From: Terracidiphilus sp.
GTDB lineage: Bacteria > Acidobacteriota > Terriglobia > Terriglobales > Acidobacteriaceae
Length of the DNA stretch: 64,000 nucleotides
Assembly (NCBI RefSeq): GCF_049510455.1
Contig: NZ_JBEKYX010000005.1
Location: forward strand, 12,045-76,044
Direction: 5' to 3'
Under the pieces are notes generated by a model, which worked only from the letters and a program-made list of their open reading frames with translations, was not told where the DNA came from and searched no databases. The translations under genes were made by a program, and so were the position numbers. Below are positions 1-9,103 of the stretch, in pieces (within the stretch, counting starts at the first letter, position 1; every line of letters starts with the position of its first letter).

Positions 1-1
1 C

Positions 2-490
2 TTCATGGATCTGGGAATGCCGCAGAGCCAGCAGGTGCTCTACAAGCTGCGCATCTATCCAGCGCCGGCGGACGCGGCTGCGGCAGTTCCCAATGCAACA
101 CAAAGCACGCCGCCAAACCCGCAGCCCGACAAGTCTCCAGACAAAAACAAAATAGCCTACAAGATCGACTTCGCCATCAACACCTCCGACCTCAGCCTCC
201 CGCCGGACCCGGATGGCACGCACAAAGGCAAGGTCAACATCACACTCCTGGTCTACGACCGCTTTGGCAACATCGTCAATCATCAAGAGCATCTCGTCGA
301 TCTCAGCTTCAAACCGGATGTTTATGCAGCAGTGCAGAAAGCCGGCGTGCAGCTTCACGCCGATCTTGCAGTGCCCGCAAAAGGGAACTACTGGCTACGC
401 ACCGGCATCCTGGACCGTGGCTCACGCAAAGTCGGCACCATGGAGATTCCGTTAAGCTCCGTCGTACCGCTTCAGCAGGCCTCAAAATAG
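2..490 (+). CDS. 3' end of a CDS truncated by the window edge; tail resembles acidobacterial VWA-domain (TIGR03436-like) proteins
   Basis: The frame of ORF 5..490 stays open back to position 2, with stop TAG at 488-490. The family call rests only on my recollection of the C-terminal tail type ...GNYWLRTGILDRGSRKVGTMEIPL. Confidence 0.4.
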   Translation, partial: FMDLGMPQSQQVLYKLRIYPAPADAAAAVPNATQSTPPNPQPDKSPDKNKIAYKIDFAINTSDLSLPPDPDGTHKGKVNITLLVYDRFGNIVNHQEHLVDLSFKPDVYAAVQKAGVQLHADLAVPAKGNYWLRTGILDRGSRKVGTMEIPLSSVVPLQQASK

Positions 491-537
491 CTTCTTAGCC
501 GCTCTGCCGTCATCATCGGATACCATGCGTATAAGCT

Positions 538-1659
538 ATGGCGACGGTAACTCCATCTCCGGCAGGCACATCGCTTAGTGGTTCCGTCTTTGTGCTCATC
601 CAGTTTGATGTCTGCGAGGAGCTGCGTCTCGACGTGCTTCAGCAGGCTCTCAAACAGGAGGACGAGGCGCGCACCCTCCGCCAGCCGAACCTCAAGCACT
701 CCGCGCCCTCGTATGTCAGCTACCAGCGTCCTCCCGTCACAGGCCGCCTCGATCCACTCGTTCTCGAATCCGGCGAGCGCCTCGAAGGCGAAATCAAGTA
801 CTACGATTACGGCGTCGTCAGCATTCTCTATCAGTTGCCATTCACGGGCGACTGGGACAGCCTCGTGCATCTCTCCAGCCGCTGGGTCTGGGACGTGGAT
901 TTCGCCTCTCGCGTTGAGCCGATCATTCGCCAGAAGCTGAGCCGCATTCCGCAGGCTATGGAGAACCCTTACACGCGATGGCTGAGCGAAGACTACTTCA
1001 TCTTCCATGTCCGTGACGCCTCCGGTGCGCCATCGAGCACAGAGCTGACCGCCCGCTTCGGCTCGCAAATTGCACAGATCGTACGCGGTGACCGTATCAC
1101 TCTCTCGGAACGTGAGATCACCGAAGTGCTCCAGTCGCAGATCTCGTACTACGCGCAGGACCTTGCCGTCATCACCTGGAACGCTGCGTTTCTATATGAC
1201 TCGGCAGCCGGCGCGGAGACCGCCATTCAGTTGCTGGAGTATGCCAACTCGCAGCTTCTTGAATTCCGCCATTACGATGAGCTGCTGACAGAAATTCTCG
1301 ACCGCGTCTACGACGAGCTAGAAAAGAAGAACAGCTTCTTCAGCCGCTGGAGCATGGCCCGCAATGCGAATGGACTTCACTCGGTGTTGCTGGAAGTCTC
1401 AGAGCTTACCGAACACGCCGACAACGCCATCAAGTTCCTCAGCGATATGTTTGCCGCGCGCCTCTACAAGGTAGCTGCCGCCAGGGTCGGCGTGCCGGAT
1501 TACCGCGATCTCGTCGAGCAGAAGCTCAAAACCGCTGAGGAGCTTTACAACTACATGGTCGAGCAGTTCAACCAGACCCGCACCTTCTTTCTGGAAGTAA
1601 TGGTTGTACTGATCCTGCTTATCGAGCTGGTATATGTCTTCCGCGGCAGGCCGGTTTGA
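538..1659 (+). CDS. Hypothetical protein with a single C-terminal TM helix; possibly RMD1/YagE (DUF155)-like
   Basis: 373-aa ORF with non-repetitive composition. A long helical C-terminal region ends in the hydrophobic helix FFLEVMVVLILLIELVYVF. The layout resembles DUF155 proteins (weak, from memory). Confidence 0.5.
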   Translation: MATVTPSPAGTSLSGSVFVLIQFDVCEELRLDVLQQALKQEDEARTLRQPNLKHSAPSYVSYQRPPVTGRLDPLVLESGERLEGEIKYYDYGVVSILYQLPFTGDWDSLVHLSSRWVWDVDFASRVEPIIRQKLSRIPQAMENPYTRWLSEDYFIFHVRDASGAPSSTELTARFGSQIAQIVRGDRITLSEREITEVLQSQISYYAQDLAVITWNAAFLYDSAAGAETAIQLLEYANSQLLEFRHYDELLTEILDRVYDELEKKNSFFSRWSMARNANGLHSVLLEVSELTEHADNAIKFLSDMFAARLYKVAAARVGVPDYRDLVEQKLKTAEELYNYMVEQFNQTRTFFLEVMVVLILLIELVYVFRGRPV

Positions 1660-1694
1660 GTTTCTGGCGGCAGATTGGAAGAATATTTTCGGCG

Positions 1695-1901
1695 CTAGCT
1701 TTCCTTGCGGTAGAGCATGTCGCGCATGGTCTTGCGGCGGGCCGCATTTAGCTCGGGGTCAGCACTGGAAAGACCCCCGGAAGCGGAATCGTCTTCTTCG
1801 GGTTCACTGCAGGACGGACAGCGGTTGGCAAAACCAGGTTTATCGGGCTTCAGCTCGAACTCTTCACCACAGACGGCACAGGTACGAATAGGAAATGGCA
1901 T
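1695..1901 (-). CDS. Small zinc-ribbon protein (CxxC...CxxC) with acidic/basic tail
   Basis: 68-aa ORF MPFPIRTCAVCGEEF...NRCPSCSEPEE with two CxxC pairs. It is convergent with the upstream gene. No clear SD. Confidence 0.5.
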   Translation of the reverse strand: MPFPIRTCAVCGEEFELKPDKPGFANRCPSCSEPEEDDSASGGLSSADPELNAARRKTMRDMLYRKES

Positions 1902-2035
1902 AACAAACTTATTTTAAAACCCGGAATTGAAGTATTCCCGGCCAAAATATCTTGCTCCTTTAGTTCGAAACAGATACTCTGCACGCACCAAGTTCAGTTC
2001 ACTCCGGCTTCATCCTGAAAAATGGCAGGGCGATC

Positions 2036-5020
2036 ATGTTGCAAGCTAAGGACAAGAGACCGGCTATCCCCGAGCGATTTCGCGAGATACTTCCGGAGTC
2101 ATTTCTTCAAAACTGGAGTATTGCCGAAGAGCGTCTGCTCAATGCTGTTGCCGCCGGCGCTCAGGCCGTCGCCGGCGGCAGCGATCTGGCGCGTGATCCT
2201 GCCAATCATCCAGACACGCCGAACCCGTGGCCAGAAGAGCGGAGGGTACGCGCTGAACTCATCCGATGGCTTTGCACGGATACGGCGGCTGCGAGCAGAA
2301 TTGGTTCTCACGGTATCCAGCTCTTTGGAGCGCGAATCTCAGGGCCGCTCGACTTGGCGAACGTAAAGCTCTCGTTTCCGCTCTGGTTACTGCGGTGCCA
2401 GATATGGGAGGCTGCGGATCTTTCTTACATCCAGATTCCGTCGCTGGTCTTGTCAGGTTCTTCGCTTGGCTGGTTGGATATCTCTTATAGCCGGATTCGA
2501 GGGGATCTGGCGCTCGACGAGAGCTTCTCCAGCAATTTTGGCGTGACGTTGTATTCCGCCAATATAGGAGGGGATCTTGATTGCGTCGCAGGCCGCTTCC
2601 GTGCGGATGGTAGATACGCCCTCAACGCCCAACAGGTCACCATTGATGGTTCCGTATTTTTTTCGGACGGTTTCTGCGCCCATGGCGGAGCTTCTTTGAG
2701 AGCGGCGCATATCAGGAATGACGTGAGTTGCAAAGGCGGCAGTTTTGTGGCGAATAAAGATGACCCGAAAACCAATTTGGAACTCGCCGCATTCGACGCG
2801 GAGTCAGCGGTGGTAGGCGGCAGCATCTTTCTGTATAAAGAGTTCTCCGCAACGGGGCGAGTTTTTCTCGGCAGCACTCAGATAGGCGCCGAACTGGTTT
2901 GTGACGGAGGCCACTTCAACAACGCAGACGGTGAGGCGATTTCTGCCGCAGGCATCTCTGTCAAAGGCGGCGTTTTTCTGGGCAACAAGTTCTCTGCACA
3001 AGGCACGGTGAACCTGGCGGGCGCGCAGATCGGAGGAAATCTTAACTCTGAAAAGGGACAATTCAGTAGTTCTTCAAGCTGGGCGATCAATGCCGAGGTC
3101 ATCACGATTGGCGGCTCTGCGCTTTTGAATGACTGCACGGCGCGGGGCGGAGTGCTGCTGAGGGCGGCGCATATCCGGAATGAGCTGGATTGTAGTAACT
3201 CGCGTTTTACGGGGAACCCAGGAAAGCAGGGCACTGCTGCCTTGCAAGCCATGTCGGCGGTGATTGGCAGCGGTGTTTTATTGAATATGGGATTCATCGG
3301 AGAAGGAGCAGTTTCTTTCGATCTGGCTCAAATTGGCGGAGATTTTAGCTGTGTGGACGGCAATTTCAAAAATGGTTCCAATAATTCGCTTTCGGCAGAA
3401 AGCGCGGCGATTAAGGGAAGTGTCTTTCTTCGTAACCGATTCTCCGCGAACGGCAGGGTGTCTCTTATGAGCGCACAGGTGGATGGAGATCTCGATTGTG
3501 AAGGCGGCAATTTCACTGCTTCTACCGGTGAATCCCTGAACGCGGAACGGGCAATCATCGGAGGCACTGTTTATTTCAGGAAAAGTTTCTCTGCCCACGG
3601 CAAAGTGAACCTAAGGTCTGCGCATATTCGGAATGATCTCGATTGCAGCAACCAAAGCTATTTTGTATGGAACAAGGGCGATGATCACGCGTTGAATGCC
3701 TCCTATGCGGTGGTCGGCGGGAACATCTTTTTTTATGACAGGTTTTTTGCCGAAGGACCTGTAGGTATTGATCTGGCTCAGATAGGCGGAGATCTGGATT
3801 GCAGGGGCGGAAGTTTTAAAAATGCGGGCGGTGTTGCACTGTTAGCAGAAAGCATTGTGGTAAAAGGTGGGCTTTATCTCAACAACAAGTTTTCATCGCT
3901 TGGCAAGGTAAGCCTGGTGAGCGCGCAGATTTCCGGGGACATGGACTGCCAGGAAAGTTATTTCAGCGCCCCCGGCGGCACGGCTCTCGATGCAGAACGC
4001 GCCACCATTGGCGGTTCCGTCTTTCTTCATGGAAGTGACGGAGATTTCAGCGCGGATGCGACAGTGGACTTCAGCGAGGCGCAGATCAGCAGAGACATGA
4101 ACTGCACACGAGGCAGCTTTCAAGATGTGAGTCTGTATGGAGCCACCATCAAGCAGACTCTCTACTGGACGGAGATCAAGTCCATTTCCAGACTCAAGCT
4201 GAGCGATCTGAAGGTGGATACGCTTGAGACCGACAATGCGAAAAGCTGGCCGCGAAAGGGAAATCTTTCGCTCGATGGTTTCACTTATCGATCGGTTACC
4301 GGCGGTTTTCAGGATTCGGATTTTCGAAAAGACTGGCTGCGGCTGTCGTTGCCTTTTTCTGAACAGCCTTACACGCAGTTGGCAAAGTTTCTTCAGGACA
4401 CGGGAGATGGCGACGGGGCCAAAGAGGTGCTGTCGCAGATGGAATCCGATTCACGCGAGAATGCGCGACAGAGATTTAACCCGCTGCGCAAGTTTGAGAA
4501 CTATGGCGGAGACCTGCTGCAGCAATCGACTACGGGTTACGGTATTTACCCATTGCGGGCCGTGTACGGGCTTGGCTTAATGGCAGGCTTGGCGTGGGTG
4601 ATTCATCGCCGGGCCGAGGTTCGCAACGCTATGGCTCCCTCAGAGAAGGAAGCCTATGACGCATACCATACAAGCGGCAAATTGCCGGATCATTATCCAC
4701 CGTTTCATCCGCTGATCTACTCGCTTGAAAACTGCATACCACTGGTGAAGCTCGGGCAGGATGACAAATGGCAGCCTGACTCATCTCCGTTACAGAATCC
4801 GCACCCGCCTGTGGCGCCGGCAGGGAAGGCGCAGGACTGGCTGGGCAGAACGCTGGACCGTGTGCAGCAAGGGTGGGAGTGGATGGCTCAGCGCACCATC
4901 GACCCGGCATTCATTCGACCGAACCGGCTGCGCTGGGTGCGCTGGATATTGATCATGCTGGGTTGGATACTGGCCACATTCTTTGCGGCCGGCATTGCGG
5001 GGATTGTCAAAGGTGGCTAG
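2036..5020 (+). CDS. Large repeat protein (predicted beta-helix/pentapeptide-like solenoid) with a C-terminal membrane anchor
   Basis: 994-aa ORF. About 11 degenerate repeats carry the motif [IV]GG[DN]LDCxGGxF alternating with AExAxIGGSVFLxxxFSAxGxVxL. The C-terminus has hydrophobic helices (GLGLMAGLAWVI; WILIMLGWILATFFAAGIAGIV). Confidence 0.8.
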   Translation: MLQAKDKRPAIPERFREILPESFLQNWSIAEERLLNAVAAGAQAVAGGSDLARDPANHPDTPNPWPEERRVRAELIRWLCTDTAAASRIGSHGIQLFGARISGPLDLANVKLSFPLWLLRCQIWEAADLSYIQIPSLVLSGSSLGWLDISYSRIRGDLALDESFSSNFGVTLYSANIGGDLDCVAGRFRADGRYALNAQQVTIDGSVFFSDGFCAHGGASLRAAHIRNDVSCKGGSFVANKDDPKTNLELAAFDAESAVVGGSIFLYKEFSATGRVFLGSTQIGAELVCDGGHFNNADGEAISAAGISVKGGVFLGNKFSAQGTVNLAGAQIGGNLNSEKGQFSSSSSWAINAEVITIGGSALLNDCTARGGVLLRAAHIRNELDCSNSRFTGNPGKQGTAALQAMSAVIGSGVLLNMGFIGEGAVSFDLAQIGGDFSCVDGNFKNGSNNSLSAESAAIKGSVFLRNRFSANGRVSLMSAQVDGDLDCEGGNFTASTGESLNAERAIIGGTVYFRKSFSAHGKVNLRSAHIRNDLDCSNQSYFVWNKGDDHALNASYAVVGGNIFFYDRFFAEGPVGIDLAQIGGDLDCRGGSFKNAGGVALLAESIVVKGGLYLNNKFSSLGKVSLVSAQISGDMDCQESYFSAPGGTALDAERATIGGSVFLHGSDGDFSADATVDFSEAQISRDMNCTRGSFQDVSLYGATIKQTLYWTEIKSISRLKLSDLKVDTLETDNAKSWPRKGNLSLDGFTYRSVTGGFQDSDFRKDWLRLSLPFSEQPYTQLAKFLQDTGDGDGAKEVLSQMESDSRENARQRFNPLRKFENYGGDLLQQSTTGYGIYPLRAVYGLGLMAGLAWVIHRRAEVRNAMAPSEKEAYDAYHTSGKLPDHYPPFHPLIYSLENCIPLVKLGQDDKWQPDSSPLQNPHPPVAPAGKAQDWLGRTLDRVQQGWEWMAQRTIDPAFIRPNRLRWVRWILIMLGWILATFFAAGIAGIVKGG

Positions 5021-5222
5021 GACAATCGCGTGAGGCAACGCTGTTGCGTTTACAGCGACGGCATTTTCCTGGAGCGCTGGCGCGCCGAAGAGCTTCGCAT
5101 TTAGCTCATAGGGAAGCGCGCATGCAGGGCGAATGCCTTTTTCCTGTTGCGGCATCGACTCAGAATCGTGCGGTCTACGATTATGTTGTTGTTTTGTGAA
5201 GAGGTTGCCCTGAAATGAGATG

Positions 5223-5257
5223 AAGGCGAGCCCTGTGGACTCGCCTTCGGTGTTTTT
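5223..5257 (+). terminator. Intrinsic terminator-like hairpin between convergent genes
   Basis: AAGGCGAG-(9 nt loop)-CTCGCCTT, an 8-bp perfect stem followed by CGGTGTTTTT. It lies between the stop of the 2036..5020 gene and the stop of the 5295..7334 gene. Confidence 0.5.
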
Positions 5258-5294
5258 GCCGGCACGACAAATATCGCGCCAACTTGAGTGGAGG

Positions 5295-7334
5295 TTACAT
5301 GCCGGTTTTGGGTGCGGCTTCAGCGGCTTTGGGGTTGGAGAGAATTTTGGCGAGGGCCTTGAGGCGGTCGGCATCGGCGGGGGTTTTCGCCGTTTCAGCG
5401 GCCTTCTCTGCCGTCTTGGCATCGCCCTTCAGCTTCTTTCCATTCTTGGCATCGATGTTGGCCTTGATCGCCGCAATCTTGTCCGCCGAAAGGCTCTCAC
5501 CGCGGGCGAGCTGATCGAGATAAGCCTTCGCCGTGACGAAGTTTTCCGGATACTCGATATGCGGCTGATCCTGAACGTTGAGTTCAGGCAGATAGACCTG
5601 GCCGGCGGCGTCGATTTCAGCCTGCGTGATGTATTTCGTCGGGACGAGCTTGAGAACGTCCGTACCGCGAGCGATCTCAGAGCCGTAGATATAGCCGTTG
5701 TAGTAGTAGGTGGACCACTGGCCGCCCATGGCGGGACGGCTGTCATCGACCGGGCCACGGTCAAAGTAGCCGATCTCGAAGGGATGTGTGGGATCGGTAT
5801 AATCCATGAGGGAGACGCCGCCCTGGTACCAGGACTGCACTTCGATGTTGCGGCCAGGGATGGGAATCATGGAGCCGTTGTGCGCGACGCAGTTTTCCTT
5901 GTCGGTTTGCGGCGCGGGCATCTTGTAGTAAGCGTCAAGCTTCAGCTTCTTGTCCGGGGTGATAGTGAAGATGGCGTCCGCGCCCCACGCCATGGGGTCA
6001 GATGCGCGGCAGCGAGGTTGGCCGCCGCCGCCCCACTCATCGGTGAAGAGTACGGTCTTGCCGTCATTCGAGAAGTTAGCCGAGTGCCAGAACGAGTAGT
6101 TGGGATCGGTGACGGCATCCAGACGCTTGGGATGCACAACGTCGGAGATGTCGAGCAGGATGCCGTTACCGGAGCACGCGCCACCGGCCACGCCGAGCCA
6201 GGAGTAAACGGTAATGTCATGGCAGCCGCGTGTGGCCGAGGTGGTCTGCGTTCCATCGCCGTGGTTTCCGCCCTTCCAGAGGCCGTTCACGTCGCCGCTT
6301 TGAGGATCGGAGAAGATGTACGGGCTGTTGACGACCTTGGCCTGCTCAGGATGCGCCAGCGGCACCTGGATAACGACGATGGTAAAGAGCGCCGTCGTGG
6401 GGTCCTTGCCAGGATCGCCGCCGGAGCAGCCTGCAAGCTCGTCTGCCGGGCGTACACCGGCAGAGCCGGCAACGTAGACGTAGACGTTGTCCTTGTCCTT
6501 GGGATCGACAACCAGCGTGTGCGTGTGCGAGCCGCGGCAGGTCTGCACATCGACCACCTGCCTGGGGTTCTTGATGTCCGAAATATCGAAGATGCGGACG
6601 CCCTTCACGCGGTCCTTGCTGGGCGGGGGCTGCATGCGCATGATGAACTCGCGGCGGGCAGCGGCGTCCTTTTCGGCGTCTCCCGTGGGTACAGGCGGCT
6701 TAGGCGCGGGTTCGGATGTCGGAAAGCCCTGGGTGCCGCAATCCATGCGGCCGTTGGCGGCTTCCACAGACATGAAGAGCAGATTCTTGTAGACAGAGAC
6801 ATCGCCCTGGCCGCCGGGGCAGATGATCGACGTGACAAGCGTCATGTGCGACGGGTTGGAGATGTCATAGATGTTGATGCCGTTGTAATTGCCGTTGAAG
6901 AGGTACTTCGAGTTGAATGCCAGGTCGGAGTTGGTGCCGCCGTAGTTGGCGCGCGGCCCGCTGGGCGCCTGCATCATCATGCCGCGCTGGCGCGGGGCGT
7001 CGGGATCGACGGGCGGCGGAGCGGGCGTGGCGTCTACGGCCTTGATGGAGTCGACATCCGGCGCAAAGCCGGCGGGCTTGGGCGTAGTGAGCACGAGTTC
7101 CATGCCCTGGATGGCAGTAGCTGCGTCATAAAGTCCGCCCTTGAGGCCCACGCGCGGATCGCTGCTATCGGAGCGGGGATTCACGTAAACGCTCGGCGGA
7201 ATGGGAGGGGTTTTAGCCGCTGGAGGCGTGGAGGGTGTTGGGCCCTGCGCGGCCAGCCCGGCAGAAAAACCGGCCGTGGCTAGTGCGATTAGAGTCAGTT
7301 TGCGTGTGGCGAATAGGGAAGCAGTGAAGCTCAT
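5295..7334 (-). CDS. Secreted LVIVD-repeat beta-propeller protein
   Basis: 679 aa with an N-terminal signal peptide (LIALATAGFSAGLAAQ). Recurring segments of the type I(Y/F)DISxxxxP are present (INIYDISNPSHM, VRIFDISDIKNPRQV, LLDISDVVHPKRL), as in LVIVD repeats. Confidence 0.7.
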   Translation of the reverse strand: MSFTASLFATRKLTLIALATAGFSAGLAAQGPTPSTPPAAKTPPIPPSVYVNPRSDSSDPRVGLKGGLYDAATAIQGMELVLTTPKPAGFAPDVDSIKAVDATPAPPPVDPDAPRQRGMMMQAPSGPRANYGGTNSDLAFNSKYLFNGNYNGINIYDISNPSHMTLVTSIICPGGQGDVSVYKNLLFMSVEAANGRMDCGTQGFPTSEPAPKPPVPTGDAEKDAAARREFIMRMQPPPSKDRVKGVRIFDISDIKNPRQVVDVQTCRGSHTHTLVVDPKDKDNVYVYVAGSAGVRPADELAGCSGGDPGKDPTTALFTIVVIQVPLAHPEQAKVVNSPYIFSDPQSGDVNGLWKGGNHGDGTQTTSATRGCHDITVYSWLGVAGGACSGNGILLDISDVVHPKRLDAVTDPNYSFWHSANFSNDGKTVLFTDEWGGGGQPRCRASDPMAWGADAIFTITPDKKLKLDAYYKMPAPQTDKENCVAHNGSMIPIPGRNIEVQSWYQGGVSLMDYTDPTHPFEIGYFDRGPVDDSRPAMGGQWSTYYYNGYIYGSEIARGTDVLKLVPTKYITQAEIDAAGQVYLPELNVQDQPHIEYPENFVTAKAYLDQLARGESLSADKIAAIKANIDAKNGKKLKGDAKTAEKAAETAKTPADADRLKALAKILSNPKAAEAAPKTGM

Positions 7335-8008
7335 TGTCTCTCCTTCAGCATGTGACGCATGATGTCGATTTCAGCCTGCTGGGTGTTGTCGACGTCATTG
7401 GCGAAATCGAATAATTGGGGATCCTGGCCTGCGCCAGGGTTGGCGAAAAGCTCTTTGACCATTTGCAGTGCGCCGGAGTGGTGCTGGATCATTCCGGTGA
7501 GAAAGAGATGGTCGAACTCGGGGCCGGAGGCTTTGCGCAGAGCCTCCATTTGAGCAGCGGTGAGCATGCCGGGCATCAAGGGCATGTCCATCTTCATGTC
7601 TTTCATATCCATGCCGGCCATGGGGTCAATCGGCAGACTGCGATCCGTAAGCCACTGCTTCATCCAGCGCATTTCATCGGTCTGGGAGACGTCGATTTTG
7701 TGCCCGAGTTCCTGGATGGCTGGGTCCTGGGTGCGGGTCTTCAGCATCTCGGTCATTTGCACGGCCTGGTTGTGGTGCATGATCATGCCCTGCATGAAAT
7801 CGGCGTCTGCTTTGGATGGGGCTCTGGGTGCTTCGCCGGCGTTGGCGGCGGTGGGTGTGAGGGACTTGTTTGAGGCGCCGGGCGCGCCTGGCTGGACGAT
7901 TGCCGGTGGAGGCGAAGATTGTTGCGCGAGCGCGGCGAGACTACAGAGCGTGAGAGCTGAAACGGCGAAGACGGGACAAAGTTTGCGGGACAACAAACGA
8001 TTCTCCAA
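7331..8008 (-). CDS. DUF305 family (four-helix, HH-motif) secreted protein
   Basis: Signal peptide plus a duplicated motif: FMQGMIMHHNQAVQM and FLTGMIQHHSGALQM. Its stop overlaps the downstream start (ATGA at 7331-7334). Confidence 0.8.
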   Translation of the reverse strand: MENRLLSRKLCPVFAVSALTLCSLAALAQQSSPPPAIVQPGAPGASNKSLTPTAANAGEAPRAPSKADADFMQGMIMHHNQAVQMTEMLKTRTQDPAIQELGHKIDVSQTDEMRWMKQWLTDRSLPIDPMAGMDMKDMKMDMPLMPGMLTAAQMEALRKASGPEFDHLFLTGMIQHHSGALQMVKELFANPGAGQDPQLFDFANDVDNTQQAEIDIMRHMLKERQ

Positions 8009-8284
8009 ACATGAGACTGTGCATTTGGGGCCATGCGGACGGGCTGCGGGCCGGGTCAGGTCGTTCTCGAAAGCGAAACTTGCAACTGCGGGGAGCGATC
8101 TTGCAGTCGTGCACAGAGTATTTGGATGACTATATTACCGCGCGGCAGGGAATGGCAATGGATATCGGATAAGGAATCCCTGGGAGGCCGATGGAAAGAA
8201 TTTTTATCTCCGGCTTGATCTTCAGGAGAAATTTGATCATCATATCTGGGCAGGTAAGAACGACCGATCAGGAGGGAAGGAATC

Positions 8285-8485
8285 ATGTCAGAGATTCAAG
8301 ACGGGCAATGCGGACTCTGTACCCACTTCGGTGAAGGTCACAGCGACGACAAGCTGGTTTCAATCCGCTCTTCACATCAGGCTCCTGAGAGCCTGGTGGA
8401 AACCTGCGGCCATCCCCAACTGGTGCCCCTGCATTTGCTGGTCACGCCGATCAGCGGCTGCAACGGCTTCCAGGCAGCGGCGTAA
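8285..8485 (+). CDS. Small Cys-containing hypothetical protein
   Basis: 66-aa ORF with a good SD (GGAGGGAAGGAATC-ATG) and the motif CGLC...C...C. An intrinsic terminator follows. Confidence 0.5.
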   Translation: MSEIQDGQCGLCTHFGEGHSDDKLVSIRSSHQAPESLVETCGHPQLVPLHLLVTPISGCNGFQAAA

Positions 8486-8515
8486 GAGTAGAACGAAGAG
8501 TATTTGAGAAAATCC

Positions 8516-8557
8516 CCAACAGGGCGCTGGTTTAGCCCTGCTGGAGATTTTTGTTTT
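8516..8557 (+). terminator. Rho-independent terminator
   Basis: CCAACAGGGC-(9 nt)-GCCCTGCTGG stem with one mismatch, followed by AGATTTTTGTTTT. Confidence 0.65.
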
Positions 8558-8614
8558 AAGCGATAACTCAGACCTATTTGGTCTTGTTTGGAGGCTGGAT
8601 TATATGCGACTAAA

Positions 8615-9007
8615 TTATTCAGCGATTCCTGTGACTACGCAAAGGAGCGTCTTGTTTCCCTGAACTACCAGTTCGTATGTATCGCCGATCTTACCTGGGC
8701 TTGATGCGGAAGTGGTTTTGGCTTTTACGATGCGTGCGCGGTAATCTCCCAACGGAATCGTCAGAGAGCTATAGCTATTGCTCCTGAATTCGAGTTTCTC
8801 ACCATTCACGAGTGCATCCGAATACAAGACGTCTATACATGGTGCCTGCATGCACTCCGTACGAAGATGCACGGCATAGATATGCGCCTTGATTGGGTAA
8901 TCTACGCCCGGCTCTACGGACGGCAGTTCCTGCCCAAATCGCACCTTCTGGCCGTAGAGACTTACCGAAAAGAAAAAGACAGTCAAAACAACCAAGGCCC
9001 TGCGCAT
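8615..9007 (-). CDS. Secreted hypothetical protein
   Basis: 130-aa ORF with signal peptide MRRALVVLTVFFFSVSLYG. GC is locally lower (about 49% in the first 100 nt counted) than in neighbouring genes. Confidence 0.55.
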   Translation of the reverse strand: MRRALVVLTVFFFSVSLYGQKVRFGQELPSVEPGVDYPIKAHIYAVHLRTECMQAPCIDVLYSDALVNGEKLEFRSNSYSSLTIPLGDYRARIVKAKTTSASSPGKIGDTYELVVQGNKTLLCVVTGIAE

Positions 9008-9103
9008 GATTCACCTCATGGATTGAAAAGCTTCAAGTTGCCGTGTGAGAACACGTTAACCTGCAAGTCATGCATAGCGGAATCGTCCGAATTCGCCCCG
9101 TTT

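Noticed and set aside
5220-7283. 687-aa plus-strand ORF
   Set aside because: It is antisense to the LVIVD-repeat gene. It has the Arg/Gly/Ala/Val-rich composition typical of shadow ORFs in high-GC DNA. The minus-strand product has a signal peptide and recognisable repeats.
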